Counted from the first letter of the stretch, positions 1-9,070 are shown. The stretch is 32,000 nt of DNA from Candidatus Saccharimonadota bacterium (GCA_049296095.1 JBAQRV010000001.1:210001-242000); one strand, 5' to 3'. Numbers and translations are program-made. The notes: generated from the letters alone by a model not told the origin.

Positions 1-555
1 ATTCTTTTCTGTCACATTAAAAGCATCGCCGACGATTTTTAATTTAACCGCCAGTGGTACTGCTTCGACAATTCGTTGTGGGTTCTTCAAAACAAACTTG
101 TAAAAATCTTTGAGTAACGTTGTTTGGCTAGGCAAGATACCTTGTTTCTCCTCGGCATTATAAAAAGGCGGGCTACATAAAATAAGCGACTTTACGATCA
201 AAGGATAGCGTTTTGCAATCTCGACAGCAATCAAACTGCCCATTGAATGCCCGACAATAATAAGTGGCTGGCGAATATTCAAGCCAAGTAGCGTTGCAAT
301 CACTGAGCGCGCTTGAATAGCGATATTATATTTTAGCCAACGTGGGCTAGGGGATCCACCAAAGCCGAGTAGGTCAACCGATATCACACGAATGTCGCTC
401 GGGAGTTGCTTGACGACCTCTGCCCAGGCAGCACCAGAGTTGCCCATACCGTGAAGCAATAGCACCGTCGCTCGGGGTGCTTTTGCCTTTTGATCAGTGT
501 ACACGTGGAGGCGATAAGGCACTCGGAGATATTTGTGTATAAGCGTGTTAAACAT
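1..555 (-). CDS. alpha/beta-fold hydrolase, 3'-partial (C-terminus lies beyond window start)
   Basis: Absent from the ORF track because it runs off the edge. My reverse-strand translation from the ATG (complement of 553-555) gives MFNTLIHKYLRVPYRLHVYTDQKAKAPRATVLLLHGMGNSGAAW...LIIVGHSMGSLIAVEIAKRYP... It has an HG oxyanion motif and a G-H-S-M-G nucleophile elbow (GxSxG). The frame is open down to position 1. Confidence 0.75.
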   Translation of the reverse strand, partial: MFNTLIHKYLRVPYRLHVYTDQKAKAPRATVLLLHGMGNSGAAWAEVVKQLPSDIRVISVDLLGFGGSPSPRWLKYNIAIQARSVIATLLGLNIRQPLIIVGHSMGSLIAVEIAKRYPLIVKSLILCSPPFYNAEEKQGILPSQTTLLKDFYKFVLKNPQRIVEAVPLAVKLKIVGDAFNVTEKN

Positions 556-660
556 ACGCTTATAGTATATGCTATCACCTCACGATTAGGTAAATCGCCC
601 CCGATAGGGCATACTAAGTACAATACAACGGACGATTTCATCCCTACACGAAAGGTTCAT

Positions 661-897
661 ATGGCAAATTCAGCCAGCGCCCAAAAATTCCTCGACTCAG
701 CATTAGCGGACGAAGTACGCGAAACACTTATTGAAATGATGAACGACCCCAACTTTAATACCGAGTCGCTCTACTCAACAGCGGCAGGTGAAAAGCAATT
801 GTTTGTTGATAAGCACCTGCGCTATCTCAGTCTCCATACCAATCTCAACACAGAGCACTATCTCTCAAACCTTCGTTTGATGACTCGTATACGCTAG
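661..897 (+). CDS. hypothetical small protein (78 aa)
   Basis: ATG at 661 is preceded by GAAAGG (650-655). The longer 490 start would overlap the divergent hydrolase start, so I prefer 661. No motif recognised. Confidence 0.45.
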   Translation: MANSASAQKFLDSALADEVRETLIEMMNDPNFNTESLYSTAAGEKQLFVDKHLRYLSLHTNLNTEHYLSNLRLMTRIR

Positions 898-910
898 AAA
901 ATCTCCCCTG

Positions 911-938
911 TTGCTCGAAAAAGCATTAGTGCTATACT
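911..938 (+). promoter_or_regulatory. sigma70-type promoter: TTGCTC, 16-nt spacer, TGcTATACT. The -10 box ends 6 nt before ATG 945 (leaderless layout)
   Basis: TTGCTC at 911-916, extended -10 TGc at 930-932, TATACT at 933-938, ATG at 945. Confidence 0.5.
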
Positions 939-944
939 ACCAAT

Positions 945-1412
945 ATGACTACAGATAAAATTACCTCCAGCAAAAAGACACATGTCAAAATCGTCCGACA
1001 CATCGAACCTCTCGAGAGTGATATACCAACAAAATCCCACGATTCATTTCACAAGATTTCTCAAAGCGTTTCCACGAAACTTGGTTCACCGACAGCTTTT
1101 GCGCTTGCCGTCTTACTTATCGTGGCCTGGATTGTTACTGGTCCATTCTTTCACTTCTCAGATACTTGGCAATTAGTGATTAACACGACAACAACCATCG
1201 TCACATTCCTGATGGTCTTTGCTATCCAAAACACTCAAAACCGAGACGCCAAAGCAATGCAACTCAAGTTGGATGAACTTATTAAGAGTAGCCGAGGTGC
1301 TCGCACTGAATTTGTTGATATCGAAGATCTGACAGATACCGAGCTTGACCTCCTACATGGTGAGTTCCGCGTCATTCATGAAAAGTTCCGCGACCGCCGC
1401 GACAACAAGTAA
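945..1412 (+). CDS. low-affinity iron permease family protein (Fet4-like, PF04120-type)
   Basis: GSPTAFALAVLLIVAWIVTGPFFHFSDTWQLVINTTTTIVTFLMVFAIQNTQNRDAKAMQLKLDELI matches my recollection of the conserved core of bacterial low-affinity iron permease family members (two TM helices followed by NxQNRD...KLDELI). Confidence 0.8.
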   Translation: MTTDKITSSKKTHVKIVRHIEPLESDIPTKSHDSFHKISQSVSTKLGSPTAFALAVLLIVAWIVTGPFFHFSDTWQLVINTTTTIVTFLMVFAIQNTQNRDAKAMQLKLDELIKSSRGARTEFVDIEDLTDTELDLLHGEFRVIHEKFRDRRDNK

Positions 1413-1479
1413 TACACTCGCCGACATTTTCAAACTTTGCTATACTAGCAATAAACCATAAGCATATAAGGAGAAGCTT

Positions 1480-2019
1480 GTGAAAAAACTAGTCATTACT
1501 AGCCTTGTCGCTTCTTTTGTTGTCCTGGCAGGTATATTCTATAGTACCGACGTCAGCGCACAAACAACCACAACCGAACCAACTCAAACAGTTCGCTGTA
1601 CCATTGCCCAGGCACGGCTCAATACCCGCATCACCCAGGTTGATAAGGTCAAGACAGCGCAAACAAAGGTTTACAACGATTTACTTGCAAGAGTCGACCT
1701 AACAATCACCTCAGCAGAGGCGGCCAGCTACGACGTGAGTGACCTCACGGCAGCACGTAACACTGCTAGTGAAGCCATCCAAGCGTTTACCACCAAATCA
1801 TCTGAATACACGACCTCACTCATGGGAACCAAGAACCTTTCATGTGGTGAAAGCGGTGGGGAATTCGTGTCATCACTCGTCTCTACCAGAAAGGTCCTTA
1901 CCGAAACACGCCAGGCAAACCTTGCTATTAAAACAGCCTTCAGAAATGATGTTGTTCCAGCCCTCCAAGCGTACGCGTTATGGCTAAAAGAGAATACGAC
2001 CACCCAGGAGGATAAGTAA
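1480..2019 (+). CDS. secreted hypothetical protein (signal peptide)
   Basis: GTG start with TAAGGAG (1467-1473) upstream. The N-terminus MKKLVITSLVASFVVLAGIFYSTDVSA/Q looks like a Sec signal peptide. The rest is Thr/Ala-rich with no known motif. Confidence 0.6.
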   Translation: MKKLVITSLVASFVVLAGIFYSTDVSAQTTTTEPTQTVRCTIAQARLNTRITQVDKVKTAQTKVYNDLLARVDLTITSAEAASYDVSDLTAARNTASEAIQAFTTKSSEYTTSLMGTKNLSCGESGGEFVSSLVSTRKVLTETRQANLAIKTAFRNDVVPALQAYALWLKENTTTQEDK

Positions 2020-2696
2020 TGAACCCGTCTAACGAACCTTTTGACCCAACAAAGAACCAAACGCCACCGAGCACGCCACCGGCTAACCCTTCAGCAAGTG
2101 ATGCGGCTGCGATGCAGGCAATCGAGGCACTTGAGGCGGAAAGTAATGGCCTTCCTGAGGCAGAACCAGTCACCCCTCAGCCATCTGCTCTCCCTTCAAC
2201 TCCACCAGAGGTAGCTCCTACACCCATCGCTCCTATACCTCCTCTCACAACAGAAAGCCCAACAACACCAGCCGTACCGCTGTCATCGCCTGAAGATCCA
2301 GCCGTACCGGCATCTGATGCGCCATCTGGCGTTGCGGCAGACCTGAATAAGAGCTTATCTGAGGAAGCTCCCGTAGCAAGTACGGCCAGCGAGTTTCAGC
2401 CATTTGCTGCAAAGAAAAAGTCTTCAAAGAAGTCAATTATCATCCTGGTAATCATTATTGCCGTCCTCATCCTGGGAGCAGGCGGCTACTTTGGCTGGCA
2501 GTACCTCCAGTCGCAAAACACTCCGACAACTCCAGTTCAGACGACACCTGACACAAGTACCGAACAAGAGACGATTCCAGGTGACACCGAGACTTCAGTA
2601 ACAGAAATGGTAACTGATATCGAAACACAACTCGATGGCATAGATGATAGTGAATACGACGATACAACTTTAGACGATAGCACCCTCTACAACTAG
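2019..2696 (+). CDS. Pro/Thr-rich single-pass membrane protein
   Basis: The ATG shares one nt with the upstream TAA (TAATG), and GGAGG lies at 2006-2010, suggesting translational coupling. It has a low-complexity PxP-rich N-terminal half, one TM helix (IIILVIIIAVLILGAGGYFGW) and an acidic C-terminal tail. Confidence 0.6.
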   Translation: MNPSNEPFDPTKNQTPPSTPPANPSASDAAAMQAIEALEAESNGLPEAEPVTPQPSALPSTPPEVAPTPIAPIPPLTTESPTTPAVPLSSPEDPAVPASDAPSGVAADLNKSLSEEAPVASTASEFQPFAAKKKSSKKSIIILVIIIAVLILGAGGYFGWQYLQSQNTPTTPVQTTPDTSTEQETIPGDTETSVTEMVTDIETQLDGIDDSEYDDTTLDDSTLYN

Positions 2697-2740
2697 CTCT
2701 GGCGTGCTGTTTAAGGCATATCTTTGCTATACTGTCATAT

Positions 2741-3307
2741 ATGAAGCCTCTGACATCTACCACTCCTCACGTCATCATTATGGTCGGTATTCCCGGCGCT
2801 GGGAAAAGCGCATTTGCCGAACATTTCGCTCGAACATTTCAATCACCACTAGTCAGCCATCAACAGCTCATGGACGCCGCGACTGTTGATGAAGTAGTAA
2901 GCGCCCGACTGGCTGATGTGCTGCTCGACGAGCTCCTCAAGACGCAGCGAACGCTTATCTATGACGGCCCAACCCACACCAAGTCGAGTCGCCTTGCCCT
3001 TATAAAAAAGGTAGTCGCAGCCGGTTACGAGCCTCTGCTTGTTTGGGTGCAAACCGAATCACTGGAAGCAAAGCGACGAGCTATCAAGAAACGTCCTAAC
3101 AATACCCATATAAGCCCAGAGGCATTCGATGCCGCGCTCCGACACTTTACACCGCCAACTGCCGCCGAAAAGCCAGTTGTCATCAGTGGTAAGCACACTT
3201 ACGCCAGTCAACTTAAAATCGTTCTGAAGCGACTCGCCGAACAATCACGACCAGAAACACCCGAAACTCCTCGAGCTCGTCCTAGTCGAACGATTATTTT
3301 AAGGTAA
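2741..3307 (+). CDS. P-loop ATPase/kinase (AAA_33 / zeta-toxin-like fold family)
   Basis: Walker A motif MVGIPGAGKSAFAE near the N-terminus. At 188 aa the size is typical of small nucleotide/polynucleotide kinases. The -10 box TGcTATACT (2725-2733) ends 7 nt before the ATG. Confidence 0.65.
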   Translation: MKPLTSTTPHVIIMVGIPGAGKSAFAEHFARTFQSPLVSHQQLMDAATVDEVVSARLADVLLDELLKTQRTLIYDGPTHTKSSRLALIKKVVAAGYEPLLVWVQTESLEAKRRAIKKRPNNTHISPEAFDAALRHFTPPTAAEKPVVISGKHTYASQLKIVLKRLAEQSRPETPETPRARPSRTIILR

Positions 3308-3314
3308 AAGTATT

Positions 3315-4004
3315 ATGCCGATCATTCAAGACGAAGAATTTGGCAAAATCACAATTCGACGTAGCGCCCGAGCCTCCCAGGTTCGCCTCCGCGTTGCCCC
3401 TGATGGAACACTCCGCGCTTCACTCCCGCTCTATGCACCGACATTCTTAGTCAAACGACTTATCAAAAGCTCACGCCAGGAATTACGCAATCTTTTAAGC
3501 CAGTCGCAACCAAAAACGACGTATCTTGATGGCATGCAGATTGGTAAAAGCCACTACTTAACGATTCGGCCAGGCGCAAAGCTTTCCACCACTAGGCGGG
3601 GACAGCAAATCACTGTTAATCTCCCGCCAAACCTCAGCCTTGAAGACAGTCAAGTAGTCAGGGTAATTCGCGATGGAGTTATTGCCGCTCTGCGTATTGA
3701 GGCCAAGAGCTATCTGCCAAAGCGACTAGCATTCCTCGCCCAAAAGTACGACTTTCAATATGAGAAGGTCAGATTTTCTCATGCTAGTGGACGGTGGGGG
3801 AGTTGCAGTAGCCAGGGAACCATTAGTTTGAATATCGCCCTGATGAAGCTGCCGTTTGAATTGATTGATTACGTCATTATCCACGAACTCGCCCATACAC
3901 GCCACATGAACCATAGCGCAGCCTTTTGGGAACTTGTCAGTGTCGGCGATCCCCTCTACGTACAGCACCGCCGCGCCTTAAAGCAAGAAGCGCCCTCGAT
4001 TTAA
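3315..4004 (+). CDS. YgjP/DUF45-type metal-dependent hydrolase (HExxH)
   Basis: C-terminal IIHELAHTRHMNHSAAFWELV (HExxH followed by H..FW) and RWGSCS upstream are the hallmarks of the DUF45/YgjP (M48-like, SprT-like) family. Confidence 0.8.
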   Translation: MPIIQDEEFGKITIRRSARASQVRLRVAPDGTLRASLPLYAPTFLVKRLIKSSRQELRNLLSQSQPKTTYLDGMQIGKSHYLTIRPGAKLSTTRRGQQITVNLPPNLSLEDSQVVRVIRDGVIAALRIEAKSYLPKRLAFLAQKYDFQYEKVRFSHASGRWGSCSSQGTISLNIALMKLPFELIDYVIIHELAHTRHMNHSAAFWELVSVGDPLYVQHRRALKQEAPSI

Positions 4005-4048
4005 CCAAGATATACAAAACCATCACGCTACTGCTATAATCAACTCAT

Positions 4049-5683
4049 ATGTTCGAGGGTGGAATTAGCTTTAACCAGGGATCAGACCGTGCCGTTCGTT
4101 GGATTGCATTACTCGGTACCCCTGTATATGTCGGCTACAGCCTATTGGTGATGTTTGGACTCACGCAAAGCTCAAATTATGCTGGTGATGTGATCTGTCT
4201 CACTATTTCTGGCCTCTGGCTGGCCCTTGGTGTGTATCACTTTTTTGCACCGATTCGCTCACGATTCGATATGTTGTGGCGTCTGGTACTATATCAAGCG
4301 CTGGCACTCGCCACGATCCTTTTTATTACCGGCTTCCTCGAACCGTTTGCTTCGTCGATAGCTCTGCTCTTCTTGGCATCAAACATTTATTTTGGTCGGC
4401 GAGCCTTAATTATCAGTATGGCCTCCGTGGTGGTTGCTGCGGTTGTTGACGGTATTATTCGATATCCCGTTGATCCATCGATTGTTGGCAGTAACATTAT
4501 GGGGGCAGGGGCAATTCTCATCCTCGGTGCAGCTATGGTTGGCATTATCACTGCCCAAGAAACCCGCCGTCAAGCGCTCATCCACAGTCAAGCCCAGGAG
4601 CGACTACAGTATGATCGAATCCTAACAATCATCAATAATTTAAGTGATGCGACCCTCAGTACTGATGAAAAGGGGACGGTTCTTATGTATAACGCCGCTT
4701 GTCTTGATCTGCTCGACACCAACGAAAGTTTAAAAGGAAAAAATATTAACGATTTGTTCCATCTCTCAGATAGTGCGAAAACGCCGGTTAAGCTGTTCGA
4801 TATCTTAAAGGAAGCTAAACGAACGACACGTCGTGACGATGTTACCCATGTCTACAGCGATGGCGAAGCAATTCGCCTCGAAATGACCTACGCGCCGATC
4901 AAAAGTACGTATAGCCGTCATAAAAAGGCCCAGCTCCAAGCTGGCTTCATTATCATTATTCGTGACGTTACCAAACAAAAAAGCCTCGAGGAAGAGCGGG
5001 ACGAATTTATTAGTGTTGTGAGCCACGAACTACGAACCCCTATCACTATCGTGGAAGGCACTTTGTCGAATGTACAGGTAATGGTCGACCGCCCTGAGGC
5101 ACCAGATCAAAAAGCCCTCGCTGCAGTGCTAAAAACCGCCCATGACCAAGTGTTGTACCTGGCAAAGATGGTGAATGACCTCAGTACCTTGTCTCGCGCC
5201 GAACGTGGCGTCGCCGACGAAGGCGAAGATATCGACGTCAGCGAACTTGTTCACAAGCTTCACGATCAATACGAAAATGATGCCAGGGCACGGAAATTAC
5301 AGCTCGATCTCGACCTAGGTCCAAAACTCGGCATGATCCACGTTAGTCGTTTATACGTCGAGGAGCTTTTGCAGAACTTTATCACTAATTCGATAAAATA
5401 CACCAAAGAGGGCAAGATTACTATCATTGTTAAGAAAGCAAAGGGCGAGGTTACCTTTGCCGTAAAAGACACTGGCATCGGCATCAGCCGTGGCGACCAG
5501 AACAAAATCTTTAATAAATTTTATCGCAGTGAAGATTACCGCATTCGAGAGACAAGTGGAACGGGACTAGGGCTATATGTGTCTGCCAAGCTGGCTCACA
5601 AACTTGGTACCAAGATCAACCTTACGAGTCGCCTTAATCATGGTTCGACCTTTAGTTTTAGTCTTCCTTCAAAGGAGGGGTAA
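4049..5683 (+). CDS. sensor histidine kinase (multi-TM N-terminus, PAS-like, HisKA, HATPase_c), no adjacent response regulator
   Basis: Roughly 170 aa of hydrophobic helices, then a PAS-like segment, an H-box FISVVSHELRTPIT, an N-box NFITNSIKYT, and G-boxes DTGIGIS / GTGLGLYV. The -10 box TGcTATAAT (4032-4040) ends 8 nt before the ATG. Confidence 0.85.
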   Translation: MFEGGISFNQGSDRAVRWIALLGTPVYVGYSLLVMFGLTQSSNYAGDVICLTISGLWLALGVYHFFAPIRSRFDMLWRLVLYQALALATILFITGFLEPFASSIALLFLASNIYFGRRALIISMASVVVAAVVDGIIRYPVDPSIVGSNIMGAGAILILGAAMVGIITAQETRRQALIHSQAQERLQYDRILTIINNLSDATLSTDEKGTVLMYNAACLDLLDTNESLKGKNINDLFHLSDSAKTPVKLFDILKEAKRTTRRDDVTHVYSDGEAIRLEMTYAPIKSTYSRHKKAQLQAGFIIIIRDVTKQKSLEEERDEFISVVSHELRTPITIVEGTLSNVQVMVDRPEAPDQKALAAVLKTAHDQVLYLAKMVNDLSTLSRAERGVADEGEDIDVSELVHKLHDQYENDARARKLQLDLDLGPKLGMIHVSRLYVEELLQNFITNSIKYTKEGKITIIVKKAKGEVTFAVKDTGIGISRGDQNKIFNKFYRSEDYRIRETSGTGLGLYVSAKLAHKLGTKINLTSRLNHGSTFSFSLPSKEG

Positions 5684-5778
5684 CCTTAGCGTCACTAGAC
5701 TAATCTACACTAAAGTGGTATAATTATAATCAGCTTAGTAGTACCTAACGAACAGCAATTGGATAGAGAGGACACCTT

Positions 5779-6093
5779 GTGGCAGATTTCAGCAAAGCCG
5801 AAGCGATCGGACGCGCTGTACTGGACTACAACCTAGAGATCTGGATGTCAAGAACGACACTCGAGAAGCTCGCAGAGAACCCCGGATTTCGGTTCGATCT
5901 GCTGGGCACTATCGATGTCGAATACTTGCACTATGTCGGCATTCGCTGGAGCACCGACCCTCAGCACAATGACATCATCCGTCTCCTAGGAGACACCTTC
6001 ACCGAGATGAATAATCTCGGCCTCACCCTAGTTCAAGAGGAACGCGGCCCACGTGCTTACGCGATTGCGTTTGCCAAGCTTCGCACCGATTGA
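5779..6093 (+). CDS. hypothetical protein (104 aa)
   Basis: GTG start with AGAGAGGA (5765-5772) upstream and a TGgTATAAT -10 box at 5716-5724. No motif recognised. Confidence 0.45.
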   Translation: MADFSKAEAIGRAVLDYNLEIWMSRTTLEKLAENPGFRFDLLGTIDVEYLHYVGIRWSTDPQHNDIIRLLGDTFTEMNNLGLTLVQEERGPRAYAIAFAKLRTD

Positions 6094-6127
6094 TCAAAAG
6101 GCGAGCGCTAGAGTGTCCGCTCTATCC

Positions 6128-6170
6128 CTCGTCTCTTTCTATTCAAACCTATTGAATACGAAGAGATGAG
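6128..6170. terminator. long imperfect hairpin between convergent genes (possible bidirectional terminator, no clear U-tract)
   Basis: CTCGTCTCTTTCTATTCAA (6128-6146) pairs with TTGAATACGAAGAGATGAG (to 6170): about 19 positions with 1 mismatch and 2 G.T pairs. It lies between the stop of 5779..6093 (+) and the stop of 6172..7302 (-). Confidence 0.4.
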
Positions 6171-6171
6171 A

Positions 6172-7302
6172 TTAGACAACTTTCGGAACTTTAACCAAAC
6201 GTCCCTTCCATGTGATGACTCGCTTGTGGTATCCCCAGGCGCTCACGGCGACCAAAATCGCTTCTTGAATAACGATAAAGCCCCAAAGCAGCCCGCCTAC
6301 CCACCAGCCACGCTTCCAGACCTTTCTCAGGTAGCTTGCGTAAAGGCCTGCAAACATCAGCCAAAACAAGGCAGCAATGATCTGCAAAATACCAAACCCT
6401 GCAAATATCCCAGCAATGAGCACAAACAATGGCCCAGCCAGAATCAGTAGATCGAGCCCGACGATGACTGCGTGTGGAATCTTTGCCCCGACCAAAGGAA
6501 ATAATAAACGAATACTGGTTGCTACCTGTGAGCGCCATTTCTTTTCGTAGCTCACACCTAAACTTTCGGTGCCTATAAGGAAACGGTACTGGTTCGTTGC
6601 CATTAATTCGGCTGAAAAGCGCGATTCGGGCTGAATGGCTGCCTTGAAATGCGCAAATCCTTGCCAGCGATCAATCAGTGTCCTGCGATCAATCAGCCAA
6701 GCATTACTGGCCGTCGCCGGTGCACTGGCGCGGTGAAACATAAGTTCCCAAAAATAACGAAGTGGTGAAAAAATCACGCTGGCACGCCAGCCGTCTTCTC
6801 GGCGAGGTAGTACGGATACCATCAAAGCCTTTTCGTTCTGCGCATAGGCCACGAGCTGCTCAATTGAATCAGGTGATAAGCGGGTGTCGACGTCCATAAA
6901 TAACACATAGGTGCCACTTGCTTCTTTGAGAAGGCCCTGAAGCGCATAATTCTTTCCCAGCCAACCATCAGGCAGCGCGGAACCTTCAACAAATCGGACG
7001 CCCTCATGCGCAAATGACTTAATGAGTACAGAGGTATCGTCACCAGACAGGTCGTCCAAGACAATAATTTCGAGCTTTGGGTAGTTTGACTCGATTAAGC
7101 GTTGTAAGCATTCCGTCATGGCGTGCATTTCATTACGGGCGGGGATACACACCGTTACACCTGGCATATCATCAATCATTGACGCGCTGGTCACAAAACT
7201 GTTTTGTTTAAAGTGTTTAAAAGCGTAGCGGAGCCGCCAGAAGCCGACCACAAAAACCGCCAGCAGTACCGTAAAAAGTATGTAAACAATAACCTCAACC
7301 AT
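6172..7302 (-). CDS. family 2 glycosyltransferase with C-terminal membrane domain
   Basis: N-terminal TM helix, then VTVCIPARNEMHAMTECLQRLIESNYPKLEIIVLDDLSGDDT (GT-A fold, DxD-type signature) and FMDVDT. The C-terminal third is hydrophobic. Confidence 0.8.
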   Translation of the reverse strand: MVEVIVYILFTVLLAVFVVGFWRLRYAFKHFKQNSFVTSASMIDDMPGVTVCIPARNEMHAMTECLQRLIESNYPKLEIIVLDDLSGDDTSVLIKSFAHEGVRFVEGSALPDGWLGKNYALQGLLKEASGTYVLFMDVDTRLSPDSIEQLVAYAQNEKALMVSVLPRREDGWRASVIFSPLRYFWELMFHRASAPATASNAWLIDRRTLIDRWQGFAHFKAAIQPESRFSAELMATNQYRFLIGTESLGVSYEKKWRSQVATSIRLLFPLVGAKIPHAVIVGLDLLILAGPLFVLIAGIFAGFGILQIIAALFWLMFAGLYASYLRKVWKRGWWVGGLLWGFIVIQEAILVAVSAWGYHKRVITWKGRLVKVPKVV

Positions 7303-7321
7303 CTTCTCCCATCATATCATC

Positions 7322-7351
7322 TTGACGGTTTGACCCCAAGTAGGATATAGT
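7322..7351 (+). promoter_or_regulatory. candidate promoter of secE-nusG (TTGACG, 18-nt spacer, TATAGT)
   Basis: TTGACG at 7322-7327 and TATAGT at 7346-7351. Confidence 0.45.
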
Positions 7352-7361
7352 ACTACTTGAC

Positions 7362-7385
7362 AGTCTGCAGCAGCAGACTTTTTTA
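7362..7385 (+). terminator. terminator-like hairpin plus T-run inside the secE upstream region (possible attenuator)
   Basis: AGTCTGC (7362-7368), loop AGCA, GCAGACT (7373-7379): a perfect 7-bp stem followed by TTTTT (7380-7384). It lies 28 nt upstream of the secE GTG. Confidence 0.4.
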
Positions 7386-7412
7386 ATTGGGTAAGAAAGT
7401 AGGGCAGAAGAC

Positions 7413-7724
7413 GTGGCTAGCGAAACAAAAGTGACCCGTATCAGTGCAAAAGACACCGCACCGGTTACAAAAGTCAAAAAAACTGCAACAAAGAAACCGA
7501 GTCGAACCCCGCGCACACCGCGTAATCGATTTATCAAAACTTTGTTTGCTATCGGTGGTTACTTTAAAGGAGCCTGGGTTGAACTCCGTCTCGTACGTTG
7601 GCCAACTCGTAAAGCTACTTGGGGCCTAACACTGGCCGTCATCATCTTTAGCGCCTTCTTTGTCGTTCTCATTCTGCTGCTCGACCTATTGTTTAAATAT
7701 TTATTCGAATTAATTCTAAGTTAA
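7413..7724 (+). CDS. secE: preprotein translocase subunit SecE
   Basis: Basic N-terminus, then GAWVELRLVRWPTRKATWGLTLAVIIFSAFFVVLILLLD (the conserved SecE motif plus a single TM helix). It sits immediately upstream of nusG, as in most bacteria. Confidence 0.85.
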   Translation: MASETKVTRISAKDTAPVTKVKKTATKKPSRTPRTPRNRFIKTLFAIGGYFKGAWVELRLVRWPTRKATWGLTLAVIIFSAFFVVLILLLDLLFKYLFELILS

Positions 7725-7737
7725 GGATCAACCCACA

Positions 7738-8283
7738 ATGTCAAACAACCGCTACGACTCATCTCGCCAATGGTACGCCATCCACACTTACAGTGGCTAC
7801 GAAGAAAAGGTAGGCGAAAGCATTCGTCAACGTATTAACGCCGTCGATATGGCCGACAAGATCTTCGACGTCATGGTGCCGAAGGAAAAACAAATCGAAA
7901 TCAAGAATGGGAAACGTAAAGTCGTTGAAAAGAAGATTTTCCAAGGCTACGCGCTGGTTGAAATGAAACTGACCGACGAAACCTGGTATATTGTCCGTAA
8001 CACCCCTGGAGTCACCGGCTTTGTAGGTACCAGCACTCAGCCAACCCCAGTTTCTGATGACGAAATCCGCAAGATCAAGAAGCGCATGGGTGTGGAAGAT
8101 CCAAAACACTTCATCGACTTTTCAGAAGGCGAAGTCGTCAGTATTACCGACGGTCCATTCAAGGGCTTCGATGGCGCCATCTCTGAGATCGACAACCAAA
8201 AGGGTAAGGTCAAGGTTATGGTCAGCATGTTCGGCCGCGACACCTCAGTTGAGCTTGATGCTTTGCAGGTAAAGAAAGTCTAG
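7738..8283 (+). CDS. nusG: transcription termination/antitermination factor NusG
   Basis: WYAIHTYSGYEEKV... (NGN domain) and GEVVSITDGPFKGFDGAISEIDNQKGKVKVMVSMFGRDTSVELD (KOW domain). Confidence 0.95.
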   Translation: MSNNRYDSSRQWYAIHTYSGYEEKVGESIRQRINAVDMADKIFDVMVPKEKQIEIKNGKRKVVEKKIFQGYALVEMKLTDETWYIVRNTPGVTGFVGTSTQPTPVSDDEIRKIKKRMGVEDPKHFIDFSEGEVVSITDGPFKGFDGAISEIDNQKGKVKVMVSMFGRDTSVELDALQVKKV

Positions 8284-8294
8284 AGAAGTCTCGG

Positions 8295-8582
8295 ATGGGA
8301 AATGATCGAGAACCATCATTTCAACATCTCGAGCGAAATGCCCAAAACCGTACTTGGGTGGAGCGTACCTCGCAAGAGCTATTAAAAGCGACACCAGACG
8401 AGCTTATTGAATATTCAATAAGCTACTTTGGACAAACTCACCGTTTTGCTGCAATTCGTACTTGTGAAAAACAAATACGTTTTTATGAACTCCTCCAGCG
8501 CCTTGAAGAGGCCGACAGCTTCCTTGCTGCTCTCCCAACGCTTTGGAAATTGTACGATGAATGTGCCTCACACGAGTCATAG
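8295..8582 (+). CDS. hypothetical protein (95 aa, predicted helical)
   Basis: The ORF starts 11 nt after the nusG stop with no obvious SD. No motif recognised. Confidence 0.4.
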   Translation: MGNDREPSFQHLERNAQNRTWVERTSQELLKATPDELIEYSISYFGQTHRFAAIRTCEKQIRFYELLQRLEEADSFLAALPTLWKLYDECASHES

Positions 8583-8596
8583 TTCTACAAAGCATA

Positions 8597-8625
8597 TAGA
8601 CAAACACTGGGACTTCTTTTATATT
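8597..8625 (+). promoter_or_regulatory. candidate promoter: TAGACA, 17-nt spacer, TATATT, ending 8 nt before ATG 8634 (leaderless layout)
   Basis: TAGACA at 8597-8602 and TATATT at 8620-8625. Confidence 0.4.
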
Positions 8626-8633
8626 GGGTTGAA

Positions 8634-9065
8634 ATGTCGTCACCTGAATTTACACCCCTCCATTCAAACGAAGTTCGAGTAGTCATCTCTGTACCTGGCG
8701 AGGAGAGCTTTCTCAGTACCGAGAGTGATCGGCCTGTCTTGTTTAGCGATCCGCCACGCCAGCCTGGAGAAGAAGGTTTGGTACGTCTCACTAACGAAAA
8801 AAGGGCCTTAACGATCGCATCACGTCGTGGTTTGGCATTGCCGCCACTCAGTATGGATCGTAGTTTGGGAAATTATGAAGGAATTTCAGGATTCCTAGTA
8901 CGTCCTGCAAGTGGTACCACCCGCACACTACCAGATAACCAGGCAGTCGCTAAGTTCTCTATACGCGAAGCCCTGTACGACGCCGAAACTGAAGACGACT
9001 CCTACATAAGTCCTGAAGATCTCTACTTCCTCAAACGCGCTTTTATGCATAAGGTTGAGCGTTAA
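8634..9065 (+). CDS. hypothetical protein (143 aa)
   Basis: Clean ORF with its own promoter-like signal. No motif recognised. Confidence 0.5.
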   Translation: MSSPEFTPLHSNEVRVVISVPGEESFLSTESDRPVLFSDPPRQPGEEGLVRLTNEKRALTIASRRGLALPPLSMDRSLGNYEGISGFLVRPASGTTRTLPDNQAVAKFSIREALYDAETEDDSYISPEDLYFLKRAFMHKVER

Positions 9066-9070
9066 CAGGC

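Noticed and set aside
384-660. ORFs 384..641 (-) and the 490..660 N-terminal part of ORF 490..897 (+).
   Set aside because: The region is explained better by the alpha/beta hydrolase (complement of 1..555, GHSMG motif) in another frame. The downstream small gene more plausibly starts at ATG 661 after GAAAGG.
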